A stretch of DNA of 63,068 bases, filler included, from Choristocarpus tenellus KU-1152 (lineage: Eukaryota; Protista; Phaeophyceae): NCBI GenBank assembly GCA_964200185.2. It is 10 parts of 10 records of this genome, joined end to end, with 100 filler letters (N's around TTAATTAATTAA, not from the genome) between each part and the next. Parts side by side here need not be neighbours in the genome. Positions count along the whole stretch, not along the records: positions 1 to 14,245 come from CAXNAD020001247.1; positions 14,346 to 18,230 come from CAXNAD020017373.1; positions 18,331 to 24,216 come from CAXNAD020009505.1; positions 24,317 to 37,183 come from CAXNAD020001681.1; 6 more parts are not named here. One strand, given 5' to 3'. Under the pieces are notes generated by a model that was not told where the DNA came from, did not search any database, and was given only the letters and a program-made list of their open reading frames with translations. Each line of letters begins with the position of its first letter. Within the stretch, counting starts at the first letter, position 1. Made by a program: the position numbers and the translations under genes. Below, piece by piece: positions 11,156 through 27,982 of the stretch.

Positions 11156-12800
11156 TTGCCTCCAAACGCTAACACCTCCTCCCGTTGTTTTGATCCCTAC
11201 TTCGCCACGTCCTTTGCCTACTTCTCCACCATCACAGAGATAACTAGAGTCACAACCATCGTGATCACTCCAGAAAAGAACAACACATCCAAGCACGACC
11301 TCGAGAAGTTCAAGTCGGAAACGAGCGCAGCTCACGAGAGAGAAGTCGCCCTTCTCCAGACCCGACCAGGTGGCATGGTAATCACATGCACCGCCTCGAG
11401 GACAATCTAGATCCGGATCGCATCAAACTCCTCATAGACGAACTCTCCGCCATCCGCAATTTTGCACTGGTAAAGACACCGGTAGCTGGCGGCGTATCCA
11501 CGCCGATACCTTGCAGAAGACCCAACCCAACAGGTGATGAAGAGGAACAATATAGACCATCGCCTAGCCCTGCAGTAGGTACGGGAAGCAGGACTCTACG
11601 GGGGGGGAGGCATACAATCACACCCTCGGAACATGACTCTGAAGGCGATGGGGATTGACCCGTTTGTAACACTTTGTCAGGTCCAGAGGAACTCGCACAG
11701 GAAGACGTGAGGGGGCGGCTAGGCAAGGACTCAGAGCCTATGCCTGTTAGGAGTGACTCGTGTATGTCCCCGAACGCCCATTCAGTGGGCAGCGGTGGCG
11801 ATGAGTCACAAGTGCCAGGGAACACCTACGAACATAGTGTGAGGCGAAGTGGCAACCACGTCCATGCCAATTCTACCCCAACCCCAAGGGACAAGTCTTT
11901 CGAGAAGGGCAAAGGAAATGGGAAAAGGACGCTAATTAGGAAGAGGATGGTGAGAGAAGACTCTATAGACGATGGGGACCGACTTGATTGTGAAACTTTG
12001 TCAGGTCCAGAGGAACTTGTACAGGAGGACATGGGTGGGCGTTCAGGCACGGACTCAGAGTCCACGCCTATCGGGAGTGACCCCGGAATGCTCCCAAACG
12101 CCCATTCAGTGGGCAGCGGTGGCGACAAGTCACAAGTGCCAGCAAATACCTACGACTACGCTATGAGGCAAAATGAGAACTGTGTCCATGCTGATCCTAC
12201 CCCAACCCCGAGGGACAAGCCTTCCGAGAAGGGCAAAGGAAAGAGGAAAGGGACGCTAATTAGGAAGAAGAGGGTGAGAGAAGGTGCTGGACAGATGAGA
12301 CCCTTCAAACAGCCTCGTGGTCCTGATGGCAGCACTTTAGAACCTGGCTTCTTCGCAGACGTCTTCGTTTCTGCCAAAATGGGCGGATACGCGGTAAATC
12401 CGTGTTCATCTACATTGAGGTACGATGATGACGACGAAAGGTCATCTCATGGTGATGAGGATTGCGTCACACTGGACGCGACCAACTCCGGCGATGCATC
12501 CAATGTGGGGATCACCAAAGCCTTCATGGAGGCGTGCGTTACCGAGCTCCTACTATCGGCAACGAAACCTGCTTCTTCAGAGTATCGAGTGCAGACTCAA
12601 ATCCTGAACCAAGTCATATAGGACCATAGGTTCAGGATCACCAAGGCTAGTAGAGGGGCCGATTCTCTTGTTTTCGGGGATGAGGGCTACATCCACGAGC
12701 CCACACAGGTTAAACTCGGTGATCGTGGAGGGAAGCGAGGCAACACGTTGAATCCCGAGCATGTGGAAGTACTCCAAAGGCGAGGAAGGCTATCTACTTG
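11156..12800 (+). pseudogene. Disrupted intronless ORF of unknown function with an in-frame 324-bp tandem duplication
   Basis: ORFs 11386-11658 and 11674-12621 share a frame and are separated by one TGA, which is CGA in the duplicated unit. A frameshift is likely near 11385. Repeat anchors actttgtcaggtccagagg lie at 11671 and 11995. Confidence 0.6.
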
Positions 12801-14147
12801 AACCTCGTGAAGCCCGAACCTTGGAACGCCAGGTACTCCACGCGCCTAAACCTATGGCACCTTCTTGTCGAGGCATACCCTAAGCTCATAGAGTGGTGGG
12901 AGAAGGGGGACGAATGCAATTTCGAGTCCGTCCACCAATTGAAATAGGGCTTCGGTCGTTTCGTTTTTTTGTAGAAGTACGGGTAGAGATACAGGTTGTG
13001 GTGATTTATGCATTAGTGTACCTTGCCTTGGTGTCCGACTACCATGTTCATGCACTTTCCATGCCATGAGTTATGCATTTAGATAGTGGTATCCGATACA
13101 TTGCTACCAGTCAGAGTCGTCAGCGTATCATATATCATACTCACGTTCAGGATTAGACCTGCGTTATTATTTGTTTAAAAGAGCGTGTCTGCTACAAGGT
13201 TTAGGCAACTAAAATATATCAATCAAACAAGTCTTCTCCATCTGCTCAGCTAACCTTTCCAAACAATTCGCCAGGGCCTGCAATGGATACCCTGTCCTTC
13301 TCAAAGCCGCCATTTATTCCTTGAACACTATAACGCACCTCCCCCCTTCTTCTCAATACTCTATGCACCATCTCATGCTTTGTCCAAGTGTAGACAAACT
13401 ATATTCGATCTCTTTCTCCTTCGAAACTTGGAGGATCATATACCAATGTCCACTCACGATGCTCCTAAGCACAGCACCAACCCAGGACCTCTCTGGAAGT
13501 GTACCTTGAACTACTTTCAGAGAAACGTACGACAATAGACCTTGACCAATAACCACTCGTATACACGTCCAGATTCCGTCCAAACCTTTTCCCTTACTTC
13601 ATACCAGCAACTTCAACCCTAAACCCTCAGCGACAACCACGTCTTATTGCATACTAAATCCAACACATGCACGCAAACAAACGAGGTATTACATTTAAAC
13701 TGTACATGATATATATGTTTTGGTTCCTCGTGCGCACACCAGGAGAACAGGTCCAAGCTGAAAATCCTCTTTGTGTACACACCGAACACGACTCATTCAA
13801 GCAAATAAACGAAAAAAACCTTTCAACAGTCCATATTATTTTCTTCAATTCCTCATCCAACAGTGGGAAAACACCCCCTAACCGATAGCCCTCATTATAT
13901 GCTAAACAAATCCCACTCATGCAACCAAACAAACCAATATCCAGCCCTGGAACAACCTAACCCATACCTCTTATTCTTCATCGTAACTGCACGACCAACA
14001 TACATAAACCAATAATCCGGTTTGAACAGACTCGAAACCCGACACATGCAAACGTCGAAACTCCTAACCAAACCAAGTAAATGGTGGCATATATTCCCAT
14101 CCCTCCTGCGTACGCAAGGACAGAAAGGAACCTAACCAACAGTCTTC

Positions 14148-14245
14148 TTTTTTTTGCTGACATTTCAAATCCGACACGTGCAACCAAATCACACCAAAAA
14201 GTGAAAATCTAAAAAGGGTGAAAAACGGATGCCGGCACCCCCCCC
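14148..14245 (+). mobile_element. MITE-like family C fragment at a contig end
   Basis: Homologous to 40595-40690 (gctgaca...aatccgacacgtgc.accaaatcacaccaaaaa.tgaaaatc.aaaaagggt.aaaaacgga.gcc). Confidence 0.75.
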
Positions 14246-14345
14246 NNNNNNNNNNNNNNNNNNNNNNNNNNNNNNNNNNNNNNNNNNNNTTAATTAATTA
14301 ANNNNNNNNNNNNNNNNNNNNNNNNNNNNNNNNNNNNNNNNNNNN
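14246..14345. other. Artificial contig spacer (also at 18231-18330, 24217-24316, 37184-37283, 40455-40554, 43645-43744, 47594-47693, 53022-53121 and 59593-59692)
   Basis: Identical 100-bp N44-TTAATTAATTAA-N44 blocks; the core puts stop codons in all six frames. Confidence 0.98.
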
Positions 14346-14407
14346 GGGGGGGGGGGGGGGGGGGGGGGGGGGGCGAGCGGGGGGGGGGAGGAACAACCCA
14401 ACAGAGA

Positions 14408-14440
<33 letters not shown>

Positions 14441-14615
14441 TGCACAGAGGGGACATTTCAAATGAACAAAATGCTCAACTTCATTCCCCACTACTAAACT
14501 CCCTATGGCATGATGACAAGAGCATCACCCGCAGCTTCACAGAGAGAGGGCCTCTCCACCCCAATCACCCCAATCACCCACTTCTCCACCTGAACTCACG
14601 GGAAAAATACCAACA

Positions 14616-14787
14616 TGTGTGGTACCCCTTTAGCTACAAAAATATTGTACTGAATGGCTACTATGTTGTGTGGTACCCCTTTAGCTACAAAAATACTGTA
14701 CTGAATGGCTACTATGTTGTGTGGTACCCCTTTAGCTACAAAATTACTGTACTGAATGGCTACTATATTGTGTGGTACCCCTTTAGC
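14616..14787. repeat. 51-bp minisatellite, about 3.4 copies, intronic
   Basis: ggtacccctttagc anchors at 14621, 14672, 14723 and 14774. Confidence 0.95.
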
Positions 14788-14820
14788 CCATGTGGTATTG
14801 ACCATAAACCACAAACTCGC

Positions 14821-17647
14821 CTGTCCAATATCAATGAACTTCTCTTCCCAGGCTTCCGGGATGGGATCCGTGTAAGCGCCATCTACAACCCTATCGGTGT
14901 TCTTGATGAACAGTGTGATGGAAATTGCCTCAGCTGATAAAGCACTCGACCCATCATCAGAGAGGGTTAAGCCTCCCAAGTAGTTATCCAGCTCAGCGAC
15001 CGTACTGCCGTTGTTGATCTGAGAATAGGATTGTGATGCCAATCCACCATAAATAGTTCTGAGAATAAATACAGAAATAGTTTCAGTTCGTGCTTTGTGC
15101 GCGAACACCAGAACATTGCAGTATTCTAAGGGATGGTTGCTGTAACACAAAACAAGACGGATTTGCAAAACTTGTTGCCAAGTCCTACCTCCACACAACC
15201 TCCAACCCTCCCTTACAAGTTGTACAGGCTGTATCTAGAAGGACAGTCTGTGAGTGTTGGATCAAATACATCCAACACACATTGATCTTGAATAGTCATC
15301 CAGTGCTCTCTGAGCCACCTCATACAGATGACACCATGAAGCAGAGATTCGCTTCTACGCAAGGCTCTCCTCTCTCTCTCTCTCTCTCTGAGTACATCTC
15401 ATTTGTTGCATCACTACAAGCATATTTCCTTGGGGGCAACTACGGTATCACTGACCATGAAAGATGCCTGCCTCCCTAGCCCTAACCCTAACCCCCACAC
15501 ACAACCCTATCCCTAAGCCTCACCATCACATAGATCAAATTGATCCCAGTCGAGACAAGCATCTACACATCAGCATGCATCAGAAACCACCATCAATTGA
15601 CTGCTACTCCCGCCTTCACAAGTATAGCAATACCCTTACTTCTTACACATAACTATTGTGCAATTGTGCTCTACCCAGTACTCTGTGTTGTGCCTCAAGC
15701 ATAACAATAAAATAATCTTGAAAAAAAAAGACATTTTTTTAAATGTGACGGTTTAAGAAGAAAAAATATGTATGGTAGTGGAAACCACCGCAACTACTTA
15801 CACCCTAGATAAGCACCGAGATTATTCTCGGAACGGCGAGAGGAAGCAATACAGAAGGTAAGGCTGGGTACTGACAAGGGCATAACTGGAGGAAGAATGA
15901 ATACACCAAGAGAGGGAGCATGGGAGGTGGATGCGAGGGGGAGGGGGGAGGGAGGGATACTGACTGTCTCAAGCACAGCATTGTCTGCTGCTAGGATATC
16001 AGCATCATAACCCCACTTCTCCAGCACGCTCTCAATCTTGCAGGGGGTACTATCATGCTCAAAGCTTGTCACGCACAGGTCATCAAGTACGTAAGTTTCG
16101 CCCTGACAAAGATATACACAATGGTGGGAAAAGTGTCAAGACAGTTGTAACAAGTGACTATAAAGGGTACAGTAGATGTTCTCTCCGGGAGAAACGTATC
16201 GTGATGATGCATTGCAGTTAAATGAAACCAGCGTAGAGCCCGCTAAGCCTCAACACTCCAGATACAACAGCCCTTAAATGACGTAAATGCCCTGTGCACC
16301 TCTTGCAGCAAGGGCGCAATCCAGCTTGCAGGGTATTTGAAGTGAGATTTACAATCTGCAGGCAATCAATGATTTGTTGCCCCTATTATGACTTCTGCAA
16401 CAGCCGAAGCATCCAATCCCAGCTATTCATCAATTGAGTGTATCTCAGAGGAGGGGGTGGACATTCCATCCAAAAATGAGGAAGGGGGTCTATGGGAAAG
16501 GGGCTGCTCTGGCCTTCAAAAGCTACCAGGTGATAATGTGAGGAGGGGGTATGGACAAGGTAACTCGAGAGCGACAATGGCTGAGGACTTGCTCTACTCT
16601 TTCCCTAAAGGATCTACTTGCGACCACTTCTGTTCCACTTGCAGAGCAAAGCATTGCGACTCACTCAACTCTACACTCTATTATATGCGGGCAGAGGTAC
16701 CTCGTAAGTGACCGAGATGTCATTCACCACATTATAAAATGCCATAGCCTTGACAAGATTCTCCTTAGAGAGAGCGTCTGCATCTGACGCACCCTCGGCA
16801 GGGGTGGTGATGACGAGGTTGGTTCGCCCCTCCTTCGGAAAGTAGGACTCGTACACGACCTGAGGATAGGTTCAGAGGGGATGCTTAAGAAAATGCGAGG
16901 GGAGTTATATCTAGATAATTGACAACCTGGCTGAGTTAGATTGAAGAACGTCATTGGAATGGGTGCACGAGAAAACAAATATACGCAGATGGCAATGCTC
17001 ATTGCCTGTACTATCAAGAAGGGGCTCAAATCTCCGGTCCAGAGGTGCATATGCCTGTACTATACTACCCAGCACCCGCCAAGCAATTGCACAAATTCCC
17101 TGGGATAGTTTTAATAGTTAGTTGCAGTCAAGTCCAGTTGGCAACGGTGTTGTTGGAACAATATTGGACGTGCTCTCAATACCGCCCTGATGTAAGACGT
17201 CTAAAATTGGAACCACAAGGACCAATATTAAAAAAAAACTACTCGCTGTGAGACTAAGCCTGTCAACCATATGTTGAATGCAGCACAAAAGCATTCTGTT
17301 GGCACACTTCATGCAGACTGTGCTGAGTCAGTCAAGTTCAAGAATACCAGTTCCCCAAATGTATCGCAAATGGGCCAGCGCACCAGCTCGTCTTGTGATC
17401 GTGTATCTGATGGGAGCCAGAGTTTGTCCCCACGTGCCTCGTTCACGAGCACAGATATCCCCGAAGCTCCAATCAACACCACAACAAGGCAAAGAAAGAC
17501 TGTGAGGAGAGGCCTGCGACCAACTTTCTCGCCCAGGTTGGTAAAAAACCTTGCCATGCTCCTCTCCACAGCGAAAGACAATCGAAGCAGGAAGCCCGAC
17601 TTTTTGCCCTCGACGGCCCCATTGGCGTCACCTGGAGCCGAGCACAT
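14821..17647 (-). CDS. Patched/NPC1-like (sterol-sensing RND-type) membrane protein, 5' partial; exons 17647-17384, 16859-16701, 16102-15965, 15018-14821
   Basis: Four phase-0 exons splice in frame. FF..LG..VGRRP followed by a TM helix, LW.P.D.RS, LDDLC and AWEEKFI are typical of the Patched-family N-terminal TM and lumenal loop. The gene is cut off by the contig end. Confidence 0.85.
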
Positions 17648-18397
17648 CCTGCCACTATCGTGCAGTGTTTGTGTGACTTCGTATTGCTTGTGAAGTTGGG
17701 TTATAAGTTTTTAGTTTTAAAATTTGACGTCCTTTTTTTCGAATTGTGGAGTAAGGTTACATTCTCAATGTCAAGAACAAGATACGAATTACAAATACAT
17801 CGAACAGAAAGGATTAGGGAAAATGGTTCGTACCATATTAACACGATTATCTATTAACAAACCGATAGGTTGAAGGTGGTAGAAAAATAGTAAATTTGTA
17901 TTGGAGAGATATCTCTCCAATTTACAACACCTCTTACTTTTTCGGGGGTTCTGATATTGAAATGGCCTTTCATCAGTTTTCCCCCTAACATACCTCCAAA
18001 ATTCAAGGGTGTATTGATATAATAGAGTGAAGGACATTTTATATACACATTCCAAGCTAAAAAAATTACCAATGGCAAGGCAATGCGAGTTGTTAAATAT
18101 TAACCGATCTATGTTGTATTATCAGCCCCAAATAATGAGTTTATACAATAGACATCTTTCCGAAATAATTTCCTAGACTTCAGGGTATAAAAAGTGTATT
18201 TCAGAGGTTTTAATAAATATTCAAATAAATNNNNNNNNNNNNNNNNNNNNNNNNNNNNNNNNNNNNNNNNNNNNTTAATTAATTAANNNNNNNNNNNNNN
18301 NNNNNNNNNNNNNNNNNNNNNNNNNNNNNNTGTATTAATGGGGTGGATTATTGAAATGCCCTTTTTCTTTTTTTGGGTCATGGGCCCCCCGGGTTAG

Positions 18398-18427
18398 GCC
18401 CCCCCCCCCCCCCAGATACTTTGAGTC
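18398..18427 (+). mobile_element. MITE family B right end
   Basis: C-run followed by agatactttgagtc. Confidence 0.8.
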
Positions 18428-18433
18428 TAAGCG

Positions 18434-18498
18434 GTGGGAAGCCAAGCCCCTAATGGACAAACAAGGAAAAATTCATACCCTCTAAGATACTTTCACTC
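18434..18498 (+). mobile_element. MITE family A, right-hand fragment
   Basis: gtgggaagccaagcccctaatggacaaacaagg...taccctctaagatactttcactc. Confidence 0.9.
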
Positions 18499-18589
18499 AA
18501 TACACCCCTGGCTATTCTCCTCTATCCCGACACACCCCACACCACAGAAGGCAGGCTTGGTAAACATCCTACACGATACAAGTTCTCAC

Positions 18590-23364
<4,775 letters not shown>

Positions 23365-24316
23365 GGCTTTGCCTTCTTGATGTCAAATACCTGAGACCTG
23401 TTGCTATAGTGCTGGGATCTACAGATGTCTACCTCAAATGATGAATGATAGAATGAAGTTGGGGTGAGGGTTGTTGTTTGGGGGGATCTCGTTTTCTCCC
23501 GCACACCAAACTGTATCTCTGTATTGATTGGTGCTATTTTGTCATTTTTGTATTGATAATCTAGTCAATTCCTGTACATTGGGGAACTTTAATGCATCAT
23601 ACACTACTTTGATTGGTTGACAATGCTCTATAAATATAAAATCAATGATTTCGTGTTTTATCAAAACCACATCCTTTGGTGCTTTTTCTTAATCACACAA
23701 AATATTAGAGATATAGTGGTACAAGTTGTAGGTAGGAACACACGTAATGACAACAATAGTATTGGCAGTCGCCTCCTGCATCAACTTTGTCGTGCAATAA
23801 CTTTTGATCAACAACAATTTTTTTCATGAAAATTAGTTTGTTGTGATCGCATCAGCATGGTTAAACTTATTTGATGGGTCTCGGTTGACCACCTCACAGT
23901 ATTCGTGAGAAATACAGGACCATACTAAAATCAAGTAGTCCACGCGCAAGGTTCGCACAGGGTGCCATGCAGCGCGCGCGAACCGCGCAATTTAGGATGA
24001 TTTGACGCCTGAAAAGGTCATCTTCACCCGGAGAACATAGGCGTTGTTGTCTCTACATTCTCTTTCCATTATTTCCTACTTAGGCGATGTTGTCACCTGC
24101 TGGTTACGGCTCACTCATGGGAGCCCAGGCCTCTGAACCAGACAATCCATGCCAAGTCAAATGAGGTATTCTGAAGGTGCAGGTCTCCTGTGAGACTTAA
24201 ACGTCTTGTACACCCTNNNNNNNNNNNNNNNNNNNNNNNNNNNNNNNNNNNNNNNNNNNNTTAATTAATTAANNNNNNNNNNNNNNNNNNNNNNNNNNNN
24301 NNNNNNNNNNNNNNNN

Positions 24317-24476
24317 GGTGGCGGCTGTCCATTTGGGGTCAATTTTTTTTTTTTTTTTTTTTTGGGTGATTTGGTTGCATACGTCGGATGGATACTGTAA
24401 ATGCACTTTTCCTGATTTTGGTCCAAATGGACACCCTGGTGTATACCCCCTCTCCCCCTCCCAGATACTTTGGGTC
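24317..24476 (-). mobile_element. MITE family B, near-complete copy at a contig start
   Basis: Reverse complement of 56540-56700; ends cccagatactttgggtc. Confidence 0.92.
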
Positions 24477-26593
24477 TGTATCGAAAATAACGTTGTCATG
24501 GAATCCAGACTATTCCATACTTGATGCCTTGTTGAGTGCGGAAGGTGAACGTGGCCATTTATCTTGGCTGCCGCATGTGTGGTTTGAATACTGCGATTCA
24601 TGCTGAAAGATTTGGAATAATGGATATGACAGCATGCAAGCTATACAATTTCTGTTGTTATTTGTGCTAGTTGTATTCCCTTCCATTGTATGTTGCCCCT
24701 TGTCCCTCCCCATGACAACACCCACAAAACGTCAGTGGGCGTAAGGTAGTAGGGTATATTTCACAAGTTCTGAGAGTGTAAATCATACATTTGGAAGAAA
24801 CAACTGGAGCTACAAACTGTGCATTGAGGCAGTATTGTCCGAAAATACTCAGAGCTGAGGCCATGTTGGTGGGCTAGCTGGTTTAGAGTATTGTCGTGCA
24901 GTTTTGTCTAATGAGAATAATCACTCAGCCACGCGCAAGAATCCATGATCTTGTAAATGGAGTTAATGTAAGAGACCCTTAGCTAAGGATTTTTGAGGGA
25001 GTAGAGTAGTGTATGTGTGTACTTTTTAAGTGTATGCTGAGTATGTTTGCCCTAACCCTAAGTAACCTCATTCTTTCTGGCATGCCAACAAAGGAGGTGA
25101 ACAACTTTTTCCCTCCGTATGCATGCTGTGTCCAAGATTGACGCTTCAAATCGATGGACTATATTTGCTGCAGAAAGATTGTCAGATCACAGGAACAGGA
25201 GATACCTTTCACACCTACAGGATACCATGCCAATCTGGATTGGTGCACTCTGCTGGTCACTTGCAGCAGCGGACATTTTGTTGTGTGGTCCTTTACGTTG
25301 CTAAAATCGAGTTAGACAGGAGTAAAAACATTTTCCAGCTCGAGATTGACTCGCTCAATGGTAAGGACAAACTTGGGAAGCAGCAAATGGATACTACTTT
25401 ATCTGCCTGTCAAGTTGGTATATTATCTTGAGCTTTCCCTTATTTTTTGGCCTGCCCTTTGCTCCTTTTCCCTCCTTACATTGCTTGATGGCAGCTGAGC
25501 ATATGCGATGTCAAGAGCTTGCTAAGGATGCTCCATGAGGACAAGGAGCTCATACTTGGGCTCAGTGCCTTCATTTCTCAAAAGGGTTGGACAGTCGAGC
25601 CTAAAGAGAGAAAGGTAAGAACTCCTGCCCTGCCTCATCAAAACACATGAGCAACGTCCTCCTAACCCTAGCCTTCTATTTCTTTCCGTCTTGAGCGCCA
25701 ACTAACTGGTCTATAAATCAAATCGGAATATTATTCATCTCTTTATCTGGTGCCTGCTACACAATACAATACTCTCCCGATATATCCCCTCCACCTTGCC
25801 ACAAACCTCTGTTGCAACCTATTGGACTCACAATGTTAACTGGTACTCCCATTCCTGGATATTCAGAACGACCCATGGACCAGGCCAGTGGTATGGGACG
25901 ACTACATTCCCTCTTGGGCACAGCCTCCGGGACCATGGTCAGTACCTGGTGTTCGAAAAATTGGCGGACTTCCTGTATTGAAGAATTTTTGCAGGGGACT
26001 GGTAGGGAATGGGCTAACGGCTTCTATGGCATTGCCTGGTACACCAGGGAAACCAAACGAGACTCCTCGAAAGGGTGGGATTGGAGATGCGCTCCTTTTC
26101 TTCACGCAGGTGATGATAGTATCCAGATATTTATTATTCTTTTCTGGGGATTAGTACCAGGGGTCTCCGCAAACTGAGGTGAAACAGTCGATTGGTAATG
26201 TACTAGTTGATGGGATGGGATGGGATGGCAGTGTAAACGGAACGACTGATTGTGAAGATGATTCATTCCCACAATAGCACCGGTGACTTCTCTCGCAGTC
26301 ACTGATCAAACTTGGCCAATGGTCAATTCGCTTTAATCCTTCTACAGTTGAAGAACGCTCAAGGCTGCCTTCTGCTTCCCACCACCCCACTGTACAAACT
26401 GGGAGACCAGATTGAATTACCCGTTCTCCAAGCATGGTTCTTATGACGGCAACAGAAGAAATGGGTTAGCACAAATACAAAACTCACAAACCAAAGGCTT
26501 ATCTTCCTTGAACAACCCAAAATGTGGGTCCTCGTTCTCATCCTTCACCCTAAGCCCCCCCCCCCCCTCCCAACCTGTCCTCTTTCGACTCAG

Positions 26594-27982
26594 GCAAAGA
26601 TGACATGCACGGAGGAAGTGTACGAGGAATTGCTTCGCCTCATGGAAAACCTCAATGTCAGTGCATGATCAGATCTTGAAGCTAACCCTTAGATCCCTTA
26701 TCATCTGTCTGTGTCCCTGCCTCCAAGATATATCTATCTGTGTGTGTGTGTGTGTGTGTGTGTATGAATATATAGATGTATGTATATTTGCACCTACTAG
26801 TTCCCCCTGACCCATCACAGCCTTAGCTGTGATGTCGCCGCTTGAAACATTTGGTGGTGCTTATGGAGAAGGGACTGTCACACCAAAAGAATCATATAGG
26901 CGATTCAAATTAATCTAAAAAGGAGCCAAAGTATCTTAGAGGGTAGGGCCGCGTCCATTTGGAGGAAAAAATCCAATGTTGATATTTATTTTGATGTAAT
27001 TTTGGCTATCGCGTTTGCTAGGAAGTGTCAATATCCTTGTTCCGGACACACCTCTCCATAACATACTCATTTTACCTACTCTAAAACATTTTGGAGTAGT
27101 GGGAAAATGTCATAAAAAAAGCCCATGGGAAGCCAAGCCCCAAATAGACAAACAGGGCAAAACTCATACCCTCTAAGTTATTTTCACTCAAAGTGTCATT
27201 GTGTCCTCAAGGTAGTAGTGCTGCGAAACATGAACGAGAGGAAGGGTCTTGTTGACATCTTTGTACGCGGATTGAAGTACCTCCTTAACGTCTTTGGTGT
27301 TTCACAATTGCATTTTACAGCAACCTTCTTCCCCTTGAAGCAGCAAACAATATACAAGCATTACAGCATTAGGGTTTCGAAGTAGTGAACAAGATAATGC
27401 GCCAGCAATGAGATTTTTTTGTGGGAGTCATATACCTAGGAGAAGGGCTGTCATGCCTCCCTCCCTCTCCATTACTCTAAGGCATGAAGGAATAGAGTAG
27501 TGGTCATGAAATTGAGATAGTGGCAAGCTTGAAGTGGAGACAGTTTTTCTCTCCCATGTGCAATTGGAAACATAGTGAGCTGGAAACTGTGAATCAAAAA
27601 GGTCTCTCCGATAACACTGTAACACAACTGAGCACTTTCTCGCTGATAATTCCTATCAGAACCTGCTGCGTGGCTTGACCTTGAACTGAGTGGTCTACTG
27701 TGGGTACTACATTTCTCTTACTTGTCCCTATTGCTTTCGAATGGTTAGAGGACTCTAGGTTACAGAAGTACTTACTGTGCCAAAGTCCCTTGCATCATGG
27801 ATTCTGACATGCCCCTATCCCTTCTTTTCACCCTTGCCTCACTTCAGCTCGATAACCCGCACATTGTTGCCAACATCGAGGACAAGATTGATACACTGTT
27901 CGAGGACCATGACGAGCTGGTCAGGGCATTCCAGTTCTTTCTTCCCAAGTTCTTTTGGGACCCAGATCTTTTCGGGCCTAAG
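26594..27982 (+). CDS. PAH (paired amphipathic helix, Sin3-type) domain exons 26594-26656 and 27848-27982
   Basis: Phase-0 splice gives AKMTCTEEVYEELLRLMENLN|LDNPHIVANIEDKIDTLFEDHDELVRAFQFFLPK, matching the PAH pattern VY.EFL.L...V..LF..H.EL...F..FLP. Confidence 0.75.
26739..26763. repeat. (TG)n microsatellite
   Basis: Seen directly in the sequence. Confidence 0.95.
26923..27189 (+). mobile_element. MITE family A in the PAH-gene intron, TSD AAAG
   Basis: gagccaaagtatcttagagggta...taccctctaagttattttcactc, flanked by aaag on both sides. Confidence 0.95.

Noticed and set aside
14246-14345. Recurrent TTAATTAATTAA palindrome as a biological element
   Set aside because: It is always centred in identical N blocks, so it is an artificial contig linker. 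Neighbouring contigs cannot be read as a gene cluster.
14616-14787. CRISPR-like array
   Set aside because: The units are contiguous and near-identical with no unique spacers, and they lie in a eukaryotic intron; this is a minisatellite.
23940-23992. GC-rich imperfect hairpin as a Helitron end or structured RNA
   Set aside because: Single copy, imperfect stem, and no CTRR terminus at the expected distance.
27125-27385. Recurring small ORFs beginning MGSQAPNGQTG (also at 5270 and 18434)
   Set aside because: They are chance translations of the MITE A right arm, and the downstream sequence differs between copies.
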